A stretch of DNA of 59,286 nt from Catajapyx aquilonaris (GCA_000934665.2 JYFJ02002321.1:1-59286); one strand, 5' to 3'. Shown: positions 11,070 through 23,827, counted from the first letter of the stretch. Translations and numbers: made by a program. The notes: generated by a model from the letters alone, not told the origin.

Positions 11070-14000
11070 ATGGTGTCTGGTATGGAAGCTGCGCTGATTG
11101 AGAAGAAGGCTGGCCGCCATCTGAATGCGGAGGAGATGGACTCGGAGGTGGGTGGACAGGTAGGCAGTGATGACCAACAAGTGGACATGTGCTCTATTCC
11201 TCTTTTATTCAGGCCCAGAGTTATGGAAACCACCAGGATGCTGATGGACCTGCTCGTTCTGTTCATGTTAAACAGGAAGATGCCGGACAAGACTGGGAAC
11301 CGTCAACGTCGGAGGTGCTCAAGGTGGACGTAAAGGTGGAGCCGGATCTTGCATATGACTTACACAATGCTGATCAGGTAGGTGATATCCCAGTTGATGT
11401 AGAGTGCGGAAATAACTGAATATTTATACTCCAGAGCATACTCGACGCGAGGGTTGGACCAATGGCACGCTGCAATTTGGATGAGGTGAAGATAGAGAAG
11501 ATAGAAGAAGATGAGGAGGAAGAGAATATGAATTACGATCCACTTGAAGTTATCAATTGCATTTCGGTTCAGGTGAGTGAACCAGCTTTCCTTAAGGTGA
11601 GCAATTTGATGAGCAAAATATTCGCTGAAGCTGTAATTAACAATCGATTTTCGCCTCACACAATATTGGTTACTTGGGTTACTTACTCTCGGCGAAGCAC
11701 TTCGCTCATCAAATCGCTCACATGTAAACACACCTGTTGAATTTTGTAAAGTTTGTATGCAATTTTGAAGGGGATTTCCATGGGAGGCATGCTACCTATT
11801 ACCCGGGACAATAAATCTGCTCACTACAGCACTGTTACTTTACGGGCCTGGGTTTAGACTGGCTCCTGACTGTTTATGAAAGGCCCACATCTGCTACCCA
11901 GCAGATCCAAATAACAAGGTGACATGCAGGCGAGGACGGAACTTGAGAGGGAGGGACCGGTAAAAGAAAGGGCCTAAACACTATTTTCAAGCAGCAGCAC
12001 TAAGTGCCATAACTTAACATAAGTCCCAGTCCTCTGTATTGTAATTTGCACTTGCGCAGCAGATCATCCTGAATAATTTCTTCATATTGATATTTCTTGT
12101 TAATTTCAGGATTCCATGATAGAGCTGCACCCAGTTGAGAATGCGGCAGGAAGTAGCTGGGGGCATTTGTCAACCTCTCTGGTATCAGATGCGGATGGAA
12201 AAGAGCAGACAAATGTCAGGAATTTCCGTCAGCAACGAAGGAAGACACCCAAGCAAAACAAGGGTCATTCTTTGGCGAGCAAAAAGGTGTGTGTAACATC
12301 ACTATCATCTTGGGTGAATTAGTGTTTCGACTCACTCTTAACCTGGTCACGTATGCCATCACACTTATATATGGTGTCACATTTTTGAAAAATATGTGAT
12401 GTGGCTTTTAGGCGTACATTGGTCACCATCTTCGATTGGTCGATATGTCAAGTTCATCATGTATAAGCTAGTTCCAAGTGGATCAGGTTGAGGACACTGT
12501 TGTTATGAGTGGTGTCCTTTATGCAGTTGCTGTGACTTATTTTGGCGTGTCCTGTCGCGAAAGGGTGAGTGGTTTTTTTTTGCTTGCAGTCTCCTGCATT
12601 CCAGTGCTCGGTGCGGCTAGTATGTCCAGAGGCAGGAGCACAGGGACATGGCAAAAGCTCAGAGTCAGACACGATGAACATAGACGTCAAAGGTGTGCGA
12701 AGGGGGGAATGCAAAGATGAAGGCTGTGACTGCCCACAGTTCGATAGAGATCTAGACAAAATTTCACCATCGGAAGGCAGCCGGAGGGACTGGTGCCAAT
12801 ACTGCGGCCATCCCCCGACAAAGCACCGGAAGATTGAGGAGATCGTACCTGGTATGATTATCGCAACTTACAAATACCAATGTTCACTCAAATTTGATCA
12901 ATCCGAAAGCCATCTTATCACTGTTGTTCCAAATGATATCACATTATTCTTGCCCTTATTTTGCCAAAATATTTGCAGAAAACATTGCCCTGTCAGTCCT
13001 TGATCTGCCAAGCACTAATGTGCATGCTACATCTGATGATGCACCAGTTCTGCTTCATTCAGGAGACGTACTGCACACTCAGGAGCCATCAGCGAGTGGC
13101 CTGCAATGTAATTCAGGCCAGAAAGGAGGGCAAGAGAGCATCGTGCATGACCCGACTAACAACTTGGTAAGTATTCGTTTAGTTGCAACTCGCAGCATTT
13201 TACACACAAAAAAATTGTGGGATTGTTTGTGTGATCAGTTCAGCTGTCTGACAGTGGTCGAAAGGTTTGTGCTGTGCCTCTGGTAATCTCGTTTTTAAAC
13301 AGTGTCATTACCATTGTCTCGTACTGTAATCCGTTGCAGCTTTGTGTTGGTGACACGACATTGCACCAATTATCAGGGATAGATATGGTGCCCACCTTTT
13401 CCTCATACTTGAACCCACTGCTGTTAGGAGACGACATTGATGAAGCTACCAGAAGCGCCCTGACTCAGCGGATGAAGATGGAGATAACAAGCCACTTGAA
13501 GTAAGCCTCACCAATTTTAATTCCACTCTTTGTATTTTACCAGAATTTCTTTTTGGTTTCATCATAATAATATCAGGGATTTATTACTACAAATCTTTTT
13601 AGTAGACAGTTTTGACAAGCGGTACTTTCATATTATGATGCAATTTGGCTAAATATTTCTGTCTTTTTTTTTCTGTTGATGCTGTAGCAAGAATGACCTG
13701 ATTGTCAAAGGGTCAACTGGCGACTTGCGGTGGGAGTACAACGCTCTTGGGAGGAGCATTGCTCAAAGGTATCCACATATGCAGTGGGAGGCAGATCACA
13801 CCAAAAGTAACAATAAGAAAGGACGTGGAAATGCATGGGTGAGTTTATTAATAATATAGTCTCAATTTTCAATAAATCGCATTACACAGCCAGTCAAAAT
13901 ATGGTATTAGAATGTATTTAAGTTCATTAATAGACGCAAATGTTGAACATTTGAGATATTTTGTGTCAATTACTGTAAGACTGCATATGTCAAATTTTGT

Positions 14001-16422
14001 AACTAAATTGCGGATATTGGTGCACTTATCGTTTTCAAGAGTAAGTAATTGATTGTTGAGAAGTTTCGTAAAATAAGCAGTAAAAATAAGACTGTAGGTT
14101 AACTCTTGATTGTATTTTTAGTCAACTTTCATGCAACGCTTGGCCCAATGTAGAAGAGCACAAAGATACAGAGAGAGAGTGAAGACGACATCCAAAGAAA
14201 AAAAAGATGATGCTGCCTGCGAAGACCTAATGCCTGAATAGAGACAGGCAAATGCCGCTGCTTGTCTTTCCCTGGAGGATGCCGCCAGAAATTGAAGGTT
14301 ATTAACATGGTGTGAATATCAACCTTATAATAGACCCACTTTTCCCACACAACTGACGCTTGCTTACTCTTGAAAGTATACAAATTCCCTTCTATGCCCA
14401 GGTTCCTATTGTCCTGAAAATTTATAGTTTGCAAATGTGATACTACACTGTATGATTCTATACATGAATAGAATCCAAGGAGAGTGCAGATCAGATTGAT
14501 GAAATGGATTTGGAGCATCCCCTGCAAAATCATTTACTGCCAGTGAAAACACGCTTCATATGAGACCATGTCAACCTACTTGACGTCTGAAAAATGAGTA
14601 AGTATCACATGTTTTATGTGTATGAGGCATTTTGTAGTGATAGATTAACCTAGATATGCCTGAAAGATTTTTTGTTTAAATTTTGGTTTTTGTTTGTTTT
14701 TATTAGTTCATAATAGTCCCCAAAACACAAGAAAAATGATTGAAAAAAATTGTAAAATCGAAATTGTAAAATCGAAATCGAAATTGTAAAAAGATTGCAA
14801 GAAAAGGGCCGTCCCCTGTAGGGGACACTCGGCATATCTGGGTTAATTGACATTTTTGTAAGAGGGAAACTGTTATGATGCAGCATGTGCAGGGGCTTTT
14901 ACTAACTGTAAGTACCGGTAAGTGATTATGGATAAGTTATGTTTGGTTTGAGGATGTCATAATGAATTCACTAGCAATAGTAGATCATAAAATGTAAGCC
15001 CTTTGCAATGTAAGACAGTGAGATTTTCACTTTTTATACGACAAGATCATAATTAGTAATGGCTTCCATGTAATCTGTGAGATTATGTTACTTGAAATGG
15101 TAACCATCAACAGATTATTATTATTGAAAAGACACCCACTTTCATTATGAACCACTTTCATGTAGTGCAAAATCCCTCTAGCGAAAAAATGAATGCCATT
15201 TATTTGTCCTTTTTTCCTCAGATGGACTTCTCGAAACAGACCCCCTTCTCCTCCTAGGCCGTCCATACATCCTGGAAAAGGAAATAATAACCATTGATTC
15301 ATCGTGCCAGGTGCCCTCAGATGATGGTGGCTTTCTGAAGAAAGCTTTCATTTTGTGCCTCGGCATATATTACAGGTAAAATCTAAGCTATCCCGCCTCT
15401 TCATGATGATGAGCCTGCTTCTACTCATGTTTATCATAGTGCTCATAAATTTTCAAACCAAATGAAACATTGAATTTTTCTACAGGGTGTGTCAGAAGTC
15501 GATATCTAATATTATTTCTGAATAACTTTCCAATGGATACAGTACCTACAGGCTAGATGTGATATTTTTTGTGACTTTGTCATGTACAAATATTGTATAC
15601 ATGACAAGCAATACTTGTGTGATGATATACGTGACGGTACAGGTGATCGGAGTGACTGCGTGGCATGGTACTTGACTGTACATGCGATATTTTTACGACT
15701 TTTTCCACATATTCCATGTATGACACGTACTCCTTCATAGAAACTACAGTTATGTTGTTACTGTCATTTTCAGGGAGATCCACTTGAAGATCCTGGCATA
15801 ACGACGCGCAATGCAGATCTGGTGCAACAAGTGAAGAAGATACTTCCTGTAGGGCAGAATTTCAGCTGCCAGGTTCATCAGAAAAAAGTTACTCGTACAC
15901 CTTACTTACAAATTCACCTGAGTAAATCTTACATTTGCCTAGTCTGCCATAAGAAATTTAATTGTACAAGAAATTTGAACAACCACATGGCGATGCATAG
16001 GGGTGAAAAGCCATACAGTTGTCCTCTATGCCAAAGGAAGTTTAGACAGTCAGGTCATATGAAAAGTCACATTCAAACACACTGATGAGAAACCATTCAT
16101 CTGCGATGTATGTCAGAAATCGTTTCGCGAGAAAAGTAGTTTAAGAGTGCATGAGAGAGTGCACACAGGCGAGAGACCGTATAGTTGCGAAATTTGCAAG
16201 AAAAGTTATACTGGTGCTCGCGCTTTGAGAGTGCATCGAAGATTGCATAAAGAGGAAAGACCGTTTAGTTGCTCAATTTGCCATAAAACTTACAGGTCTA
16301 ACGGCGGGTTAAATTATCATATGAGAACGCATGCAGAGGAGCAAGCTGTCAAAGTGAGCCAGAAAATATACTTTGCTAAAAAAAATGGCATGAGAAATCA
16401 TATGAAAAAATTTGTGGCATAA
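11070..16422 (+). pseudogene. Cassette copy 1: acidic-exon C2H2 zinc finger gene with a frameshift in the finger exon
   Basis: Phase-0 exons 11070-11159, 11213-11377, 11435-11572, 12110-12286, 15774-16422. Clear paralog of the gene at 24237. Apparent 2-bp loss in ACACAC near 16080 gives CAC TGA instead of CAC ACT GAT GAG AAA CCA; fingers continue in another frame (16147-16422 ORF). Could be an assembly error. Confidence 0.75.
12333..15654 (+). mobile_element. CACTA/EnSpm-like element in intron 4, carrying a degenerate multi-exon SAMD3-like ORF
   Basis: CACTC...GAGTG termini with 3-bp ACT duplication (12330-12332, 15655-15657) and subterminal IR gtcacgtatgccatcacac/gtgtgatgatatacgtgac. Internal GT-AG exons encode CxxxxCxCxxF..CQYCGHPPTKH, EYNALGRSIAQRYPHM and AFILCLGIYYR*NLSYP. 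Absent from the paralogous intron at 25348-25746. Confidence 0.7.
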
Positions 16423-16670
16423 AATTCAGCTCCGCAACTAGTGAAGCAATAATTAGCGATGACACCTGTTTCTAATCGTGCTAATTACTACCGTATATGT
16501 AAGCAATATGGCAGGGTCTTCAGTGCAGCAAGTATGTTTGGTGGTACCCTGCAATAAAATGATAAGTAAAGATTGACTTGATTTAATGAGTCATTATTTC
16601 ATATTTTTGTGCTCCTGTGATTTTTCTTTCTTTGGGCACGAGATGGCAGGGCAGGTTCTGAACTGTTTTT

Positions 16671-16710
16671 AGCCAGCGACTCGAACGCACCGAAACAAAG
16701 ATGGCCGCTC
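16671..16710 (+). promoter_or_regulatory. Conserved cassette promoter motif (representative copy)
   Basis: gaacWgtt..GCCAGCGACTCGAACGC..AAGATGGCCG recurs upstream of each cassette ATG at ~10956, 16671, 19511, 20921, 24128, 26908 and 30677. Confidence 0.65.
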
Positions 16711-16772
16711 TCGTCTGGTAATTTGATCGCATCTGATATCTTCAGTTTGTAGTTGAGAGACTTGGGATCAGG

Positions 16773-19129
16773 ATGGATACTAGGCGGACCACTAGGCGGA
16801 TTAAACAGGAGGTGGGTCATCCAGAGGCGGAGGACCAAGGCAGAAAGGTACGTGGACAAGTAGGCAGGCAGAAGATTCAGTTACAACCGATAATGACATG
16901 TGCTCAATTACAGTGTGCTCAAGACCAGCCTTTGGTTGATGGACGTGCTGCAGGCCAGGATGGGACAGGCGCAGATGTGGTCAAGACGGAGATCGAGACG
17001 GAAGAAGATGATGGTTATTGGGACGGCCGTGAGGAGGACCAAGAGCTAATAACTTGGATGGACTCTTTGTTGGAAAAACATACAGGTGTCCAAAGACAGG
17101 TGGGTACAAGCATTTGTGTTGCGCTAAAGTGCAGAATTCATTTCGTATTTTTTACTCCAGAGCACACGGGTCTGGAGGGCCGGACCAGTGGATGACAACG
17201 TCGCAGACTTCAAGTTGGACGATTTGGAGCTTGAGGAGGAAGATCAGTTAGTTGCGGATTCCATTTTAGCTGACAATCCAGTTCAGGTGAGTTAGCCAAC
17301 ATAACATTCTTGGGGGCTGAACTGTTGCTTTGATTTGACAATTTTGTCAAATTTGCATGCACTTTTACTGGTTGGTGACTTCCCAAGCATCTTCACGATG
17401 TTGTTAGCATACAAGAGAAATCCATTAAGTCCAGTCTGGACTGTTTTGAGTAATTTACTCCACATAGGGCCAGTTGCACTATAAAAAAATTCATATTAAT
17501 GTGCATGTCTAGCCTTGTTATTAATCATTGCAACAATTAACTGGCAATTAATAACAAGGGTATGCCTATGCCTGGACCTGTAGTATGTACCGTACACCCT
17601 TGTATTCTTCTACATGTATTTTTCCGGAAATTTGATGAAGAGTGATATTTTTAATGAATAATAATCCGCGGACTGCCCGGATTACCTATCGTTACCTGAT
17701 CAAAATGACCCTGTGACCCATTTTTGAGGGGGGCAGAGGCCAAGTCATAAAATTCCGACCTCACCGATTTTCTTGAAATTCGGTGCATTGGTAGCCCACC
17801 CCAAGGGATGAAAACGCACCTATAATTACCTGCTCGAAATTGACCCACATATGTCAATGCACCGAATTTCAAGATAAATCGGTGAGGTCGGAATTTCACC
17901 TCTGCCCCCCCTCCAATATGGGTCGCAGGGTCATTTTGTTCAAGTAACTACAGGGCGGCGTTTTTCATCCCTTGGGGTGGGCTACCAATGCACCGAATTT
18001 CAAGAAAATCGGTGAGGTCGGAATTTTATGACTTGGCCTCTGCCCCCCTCAAAAATGGGTCACAGGGTCATTTTGATCAGGTAACGATAGGTAATCCGGG
18101 CAGTCCGCGGAATTATTCATTAAAAATATCACTCTTCATCAAATTTCCGGAAAAGGGGAAAAAGAACTCAGGCTAAGGCAATGGCTCAAAAACTCCGTCG
18201 TCAAAAGGTTAAAAAAAGGATGTCTTTAGGACATCAATATATACACAAGTCGAACATCAATGGAAGCATCTTTGCATAAAATAATGGTTAACTATTCATA
18301 CTGTGCGGAAAACGAAACGACGATCTGACGTCATCGTCACACAACAATATGAGTAAACAGTTGTCAACAAAAGGAACATTGTTTACTTCCTATTGTTGCA
18401 TGAGAACAAAACGATGAGGTCGGATTGTCGTTTTGTTTACCGTAATGTAATTTTAATTTTTTTTAATGATCTTTTGATTGAAATTCTATCCCCACAATAT
18501 GTCTTCCGAGGACTGCAATGAAGGGTCAGTGCCACATTTCATCTAGTCTAATCTCTAGCCTTTTCATCCAGGTTATGGAGGCAGTGGAAGACATCACAGT
18601 TCCAGGTCCCTCTGGTGCAGGTGATGGAACCAATCCGACAGGTGCTGTGAATGAGAGAAACACGAGGGGAAAGAAACAAACAGTTGGAGAAATGCTGATG
18701 GAGTTTCAAGTGAAGATACGTAAGTTTAAGGAGATGTATGAGAAGAAGATGGATGAGCAGGCGGGACGCCACATTGATAGGGTAGTGGATGCGGATGTAC
18801 TCTTCAAGGAGAAGATAGGGGATCTGTCAACCGACTTGGGTAAGAATCAGCGGAAGCAGATTAAGATATTCGAATTGAAGATGCAGCGGCAGAAGAGACT
18901 ATTCAAAAGAAAGCTGCTGCAGGAAAAGATTTCCTTCACGGGTGAGATGAAGAAGCGATTGACATACTTGATCAATTGGAAGAAGGAGCAGGAGAAATTA
19001 TTCAAGGCTCATGTGCAGAAGCAGGATGAATGCTTCCTGGCGAGGAGGCATGCGCTTGTGGAGCTGTTCAAGGAGCAGCTGGAAGAACGGAACAAGCGAT
19101 GCAAGAAGAAGCAGCTGAAAAAGCGATGA
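16773..19129 (+). CDS. Cassette copy 2: acidic N-terminal exons spliced to a basic coiled-coil exon (predicted 318 aa, no zinc fingers)
   Basis: Phase-0 exons 16773-16859, 16914-17099, 17161-17286 and 18572-19129 (acceptor ttttcatccag) read through without stops. The last exon is K/E/Q/R-rich and heptad-like. Confidence 0.65.
17620..18154. mobile_element. Foldback element with ~200-bp near-identical inverted arms
   Basis: ttccggaaatttgatgaagagtgatatttttaatgaataa...ggtagcccaccccaagggatgaaaa repeated in reverse complement at ~17960-18154. Confidence 0.85.
18305..18443. repeat. Degenerate inverted repeat (MITE-like)
   Basis: aaacgaaacgacgatctgacgtcatcg..aacaata..agtaaaca / tgtttact..tattgtt..cgatgaggtcggattgtcgttttgttt. 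Confidence 0.5.
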
Positions 19130-19611
19130 GGCTGCATGTCAAATGATGTCTGCAGTATTTGATAATAAACGTTCTCATGTGAGCAGTTACTCAATGGCTT
19201 TTGTTTTCCAATAATACCACAAGTACTGGTACAGTAAAAAAATGCAGATAATCAACAAAAATCATCCCTATGGAATGATTTGATATGTCCTCTCCGAGGT
19301 TCTCTCAAAATGATTTGCAAGCGACACAGCGATCCCGACAAGAGTATCCTCTGGTTATTTAATTCACAGCTGCTTCGTCAGTGTACGAGGTGAAGCATAT
19401 TGTAAGGAAACACAGTTATTAAATGTTATTAGTAATGTTATTAATATCAATAAATTTTTTTTAGCACTTGTTGCTCTTGGGACATTTCTTTCAAATGTGG
19501 ACAACAGTTTAGCCAGCGACCGGAACGCACCGCAACAATGAATGCCGCTCTCTTCTGGTGATAGCGTCTGATTTGTTTGCTTCTAGTTGAAAGACTTGTG
19601 TTGGGATCAGG

Positions 19612-20307
19612 ATGGATGCTAGGCGGATTAAACATGAGGTGGGCCATCCAGAGGCAGAGGACCAAGACAGAAAGGTGGGTGGACAAGTAGGAAGGCAGAA
19701 GATTCAGTCGCAACCGGTCGCAACTGATGAGTACCAATAATGGCATGTGCTCTATTACAGTGTACTCAGGGCCAGCCTTTGGTTGGTGGACGCGCTGCAG
19801 GCCAGGACAGGACAGGCACGGGTGTGCTCAAGACGGAGATCAAGGTAAAGCCAGGAGAAGTAAATTATTGCTGCGATCAGTTGTATGTATGTGCATGTTG
19901 ACCAGGTGGGTACTACAACCATGTGTTGCGTATCAGGCGAATCAGAGTCTGACTCTGACGGAATAGTAGACGACAACCCACTGAGGGCGAGCAGACGCTT
20001 GCAAAGGCTAACCTCCCACTCAAACATTCAAATCAAACACATCATGAAGGTACTGAAATCGGGTTTATTAGGAGAGATAATCCCGACCGACCACAAAACG
20101 GTCGACGAACTGTTGAGTATCGTGCGGCTGCACGAGAAGCCGAGGTTCTTGGCGAGCTGTAGACAAATGGAAGATCAGACACAAGAACCGAAATGGAGGA
20201 AACGGCTAACTTACAGCTGCGTAACAGAAGCCAGCCACCAGGTAGCAGATGGACCAAGAGGGGGCAACCATGGAGGCGGAGAGTTTTATTTAGATCTTTT
20301 TTTTTAA
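19612..20307 (+). pseudogene. Cassette copy 3: exons 1-2 (frameshifted) running into a retroelement Gag-like fragment
   Basis: Exon 19612-19686, then an exon from 19761 with a 4-nt excess at 19884-19889 (TATGTA). The ancestral frame runs on into IKHIMKVLKSGLLGEIIPTDHKTVDELLSIVRLHE, resembling Ty3/gypsy Gag. No zinc finger exon. Confidence 0.55.
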
Positions 20308-21052
20308 AAAAAAAATCTGTTGTTATAAACCGCTCACGGTCATCGCTTTCTCCAGTTCTCCATTTGCTTTCTCCAGAGTATACGACTTGTCTGCTTCGTT
20401 CGGCCGTAAGTAAATAAAATGCTTGATGTTAGAAACTAAAGATTGTGCCTGGTTTTTTATTTATTCCTGACTATGACCGACTCGACTTTATTTCGGCACC
20501 GTCAGGTCTGCCGAGTTACGAACCTATTTTGCCGCCAAATTGGCGACAATCTAACAATATTCATGATGTTGTTAGCGTACAGGATAAATCTACCATGTCC
20601 AAGTTTGACAGGTATTTACACCATAATCCAATCCTATTCGAATTTTAAATGATGTATAGCCTTGTGAAGGCTTTTTGTGCTAAAGACTCATAATAAGCCA
20701 ACAATCCAGTATTTTTTTTTGTATTCATCGGCATGTTAAGCAGATGCAATGTCACATCTTTGCACTCAATTATCTGGAAACTTGTTTGTTGAATGCCTGT
20801 GATATGTGGTCATCGCTTAATTTCAGAAGCACTGACACATAAGATAAATATATGAGCCGAACGCCATTACCTGCCATTACTTTGCTTTCAAATAATGATA
20901 ACAGATTTGGAACTATTTTTAGCCAGCGACTCGAACGCACCGCAACAAAGCTTGCCGCTCTCTTCTGGTGATTTGATCTTTGGATTTTATAACCTCTGCA
21001 CGTGGCCTCTGATTTGTTTGTTTCTAGTTGAAAGACTTTGATTGGGGTCAGG

Positions 21053-21684
21053 ATGGATGCTGTGCGGATTAAACAGGAGGTGGGTCATCCAGAGGCGGAG
21101 AACCAAGACAGAAAGGTATGTGGACAAGTAAGAAGGCAGAAGATTCAGTCGCAACCAGTCGCAACTCATCAGTACCAATAATGGCATGGCATGGCTTTAT
21201 TACAGTGTACTCAAGGCCAGCCTTTGGTTGATGGACGTTCTGTAGACCAGGACAGGACACATACAATGTTGGAAGTGCTCAAGACGGAGAGCAAAATAGA
21301 GCAGGAACATGCGAGTGATTATGGTCCGCTGGACTTATATGGTGGAAATGCAGGTGATCAGGTGGGTGATACACAGTCTGTTGTGCTGGAGTGCAGAAAT
21401 CCGCCCCTAAAATATTCAATTAGGCTCGTAAAAATTACTGTTGCTAACTACTCAGAGCAGTAGGTAGGATTTTATTTTGGGGAACAAAACTAAATCCATC
21501 CTCACAGACATGGTCCAATCGAAAAAGACCCTCTAAAATTCACCAATAATTATTAACGTTTACATGTGAAAAATTAAACGTTCCAGTTAAAATCAGCATC
21601 TAAAAGAGGTATTATGTTTTATTGATACTGTACGTTTTGTGTGTTTTCTAGTTAATGAGTGAACTTCCACTTGATCTCAGCTGA
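21053..21684 (+). CDS. Cassette copy 4: short acidic protein ending in PLDLS (predicted 87 aa), or truncated pseudogene
   Basis: Phase-0 exons 21053-21127 and 21206-21361, then acceptor gtgttttctag at 21651 giving LMSELPLDLS* (21652-21684). No plus-strand finger exon before the convergent gene. Confidence 0.45.
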
Positions 21685-22507
21685 CTACATAGGGACAATC
21701 CGGTGAAGATGTTGCTGACAGGGAATCAATCATGCAAGCGAGCCACAGAGATTTTGCTTCAACTATTTATTAGTGTCACTAAATACGTCTGATTCGTTCC
21801 ACAAAATACAAACAGGTTCCATCTAAGAAAGAACAAAAATAATATCAGTCCCAGCGTACATTTTAACAAGTTGATCCCCACATGCACAACATGCATTCCT
21901 AAATATGCAAATATTGCAACTTATTATGTACACAGTACTGTACAAGACAATAATATGCAGCTGTCAGTGTTATGCACCACATTACGGAAGACAACATTTG
22001 TGGAGACAGAATGCTACCAATCACATGAGCAAGTTTGACGTGTGATTGTAAATTATTGCAAACTATGACGCAAAATCTGATATTATCTTTCACAGAAACA
22101 TTATGCTCTTGCATTTTTTAGCATGGTTTGGAAAGAATGTCACCAAAGCCATTATGAGTTACTTTGAAATTTTCAGGCTGAGGCCATGCTTGGCTAAATT
22201 TTCCATGGCACAGATCAGTAATTATTACGACAGGTAGTCCCCAGTCTACGAACAGGGTCATGTTCCTGAAAATGTCCATAAGTTGGATTTGCATGTAACT
22301 TTGGATCACTGAGGAACACAGGACAATACATATACTCTTATGGAGTGTAAAGATGCTGCTCCAATGATCTGCTTACCTCTTACGTGTTTGTTTACACGTG
22401 CGGCAGAAAGTAATTTCCCAATTACTTATCGTTCTGTTGAACTTGGTGTCAGTCTACATAATTATACAAAAGTGATTGAACGTGGAGGTGCACCTACTGT
22501 AATTATT

Positions 22508-23827
22508 ATCAATTATCCTTATAGAGAGCCTTGGGAGCCCGTTCGTAAGTCAGTCGGGTTGTTCGTAAACTGGGGGCTTCTTGTATTACATTCTGTGGTA
22601 AAGAATGAATTCCCATGTGACATTTCAAATAGTTTGACTGACTAAAACTTTTCTGGCACACCTAACAAATGAATGGATTTTCTCCCGTATGAGTTTGCAT
22701 GTGTTTCTTCAAAGCCTCTGAACGTCTAAAACTTTTCTGACACACCTCACAAATGAATGGCATTTCTCCCGTATGGATTCGCATGTGTTTCTTCTTAGCC
22801 TCTGAACGTCTAAAACTTTTCTGACACACCTCACAAACGAATGGCTTTTCTCCCGTATGAATTCGCATGTGCAGTTTCAAACTGCATGGATCCCTGACAC
22901 CTTTCTGGCACACGTCACAAATGAATGGCTTTTCTCCCGTATGAGTTCGCATGTGCTTTTTCAACGTCCCTGAACTACTAAAACTCTTCTGACACACCTC
23001 ACATACAAATGAATGGCTTTTCTCCCGTATGTGTTCGCATGTGGGTTTTCAAACTGCCTGAATGGCTCAATCTCTTCTGGCATACCTCACAATGAAATGG
23101 TCTCTCTGCGGTATGACTTCGCATGTGACATTTCAAATGGTTTGACTTATTAAAACTTTTCTGGCAAACATCACAAATGAATTGATTTTCTCCAGTATGA
23201 ATTCGCATGTGCTGTTTCAAACAACTTTGAGTAAGAAATTTGTTCTTGCACACCTCACAGTGAAATGGTCTCTCTCCTGTATGAGTTAGCATGTGAATTT
23301 TCAAATAATTTGTACGCTGCAATGTCTTCAGGCAAATATGGCAACGATGCTTTTCACTGTGAATTTCCAATTCATGCAGAGTACCACACAATTTCTGGCA
23401 TACTCTGCATGCATGTGGATTTCCTGTAGTGCTTCTTTTGTCCTGGGTTCCGCCCTTTCCTACTCCATCGTCAGCAGTCTGTTGCACAATCTGAAACGTG
23501 AATCATCAGTGCACAATTTATATGGCAATTACATCATGATTACATTAATCCTTCTGGATCCAGTTGCTAATGGGTCGTCTTCATCTTTGACCACAGTGGA
23601 TGTTGCCACCACCATCTCTTCCTCCTCCTCCGCGGCCTCCTCCTTGATCTCACGCAGCGTGTCTTCTGTGAAGAGTGTAGCGTCCCCGTGGAAGCATGCC
23701 GGGGTCTCCTCCTTGAGTCGCAGCCTCCAGGTCTCCTCCACCGTCACGTCTCCTTCCTCCAGCTCTCCTCCACCGTCACGTCTCCTTCCTCCAGCTCCTC
23801 CTCCTTCTTCACCACCAACGAGGTCAT
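22508..23827 (-). pseudogene. C2H2 zinc finger pseudogene (acidic first exon + ~9-finger exon)
   Basis: Exon 1 23827-23544 (MTSLVVKKEEE..IKEE..VKDEDDPLA) is broken by a 32-bp tandem duplication (23732-23795). The finger exon from 23490 has HTGEKPF-type linkers, a 4-nt insertion near 23003 and an in-frame TAG at 22662-22664. Confidence 0.85.

Noticed and set aside
16671..16700. tRNA gene suggested by the GTTCGAGTC B-box-like motif
   Set aside because: No cloverleaf, A-box or acceptor stem could be built around any copy.
17651..18176. Two ORFs with identical peptide (MHRISRKSVRSEFYDL...) on opposite strands
   Set aside because: Consequence of the inverted-repeat arms, not genes.
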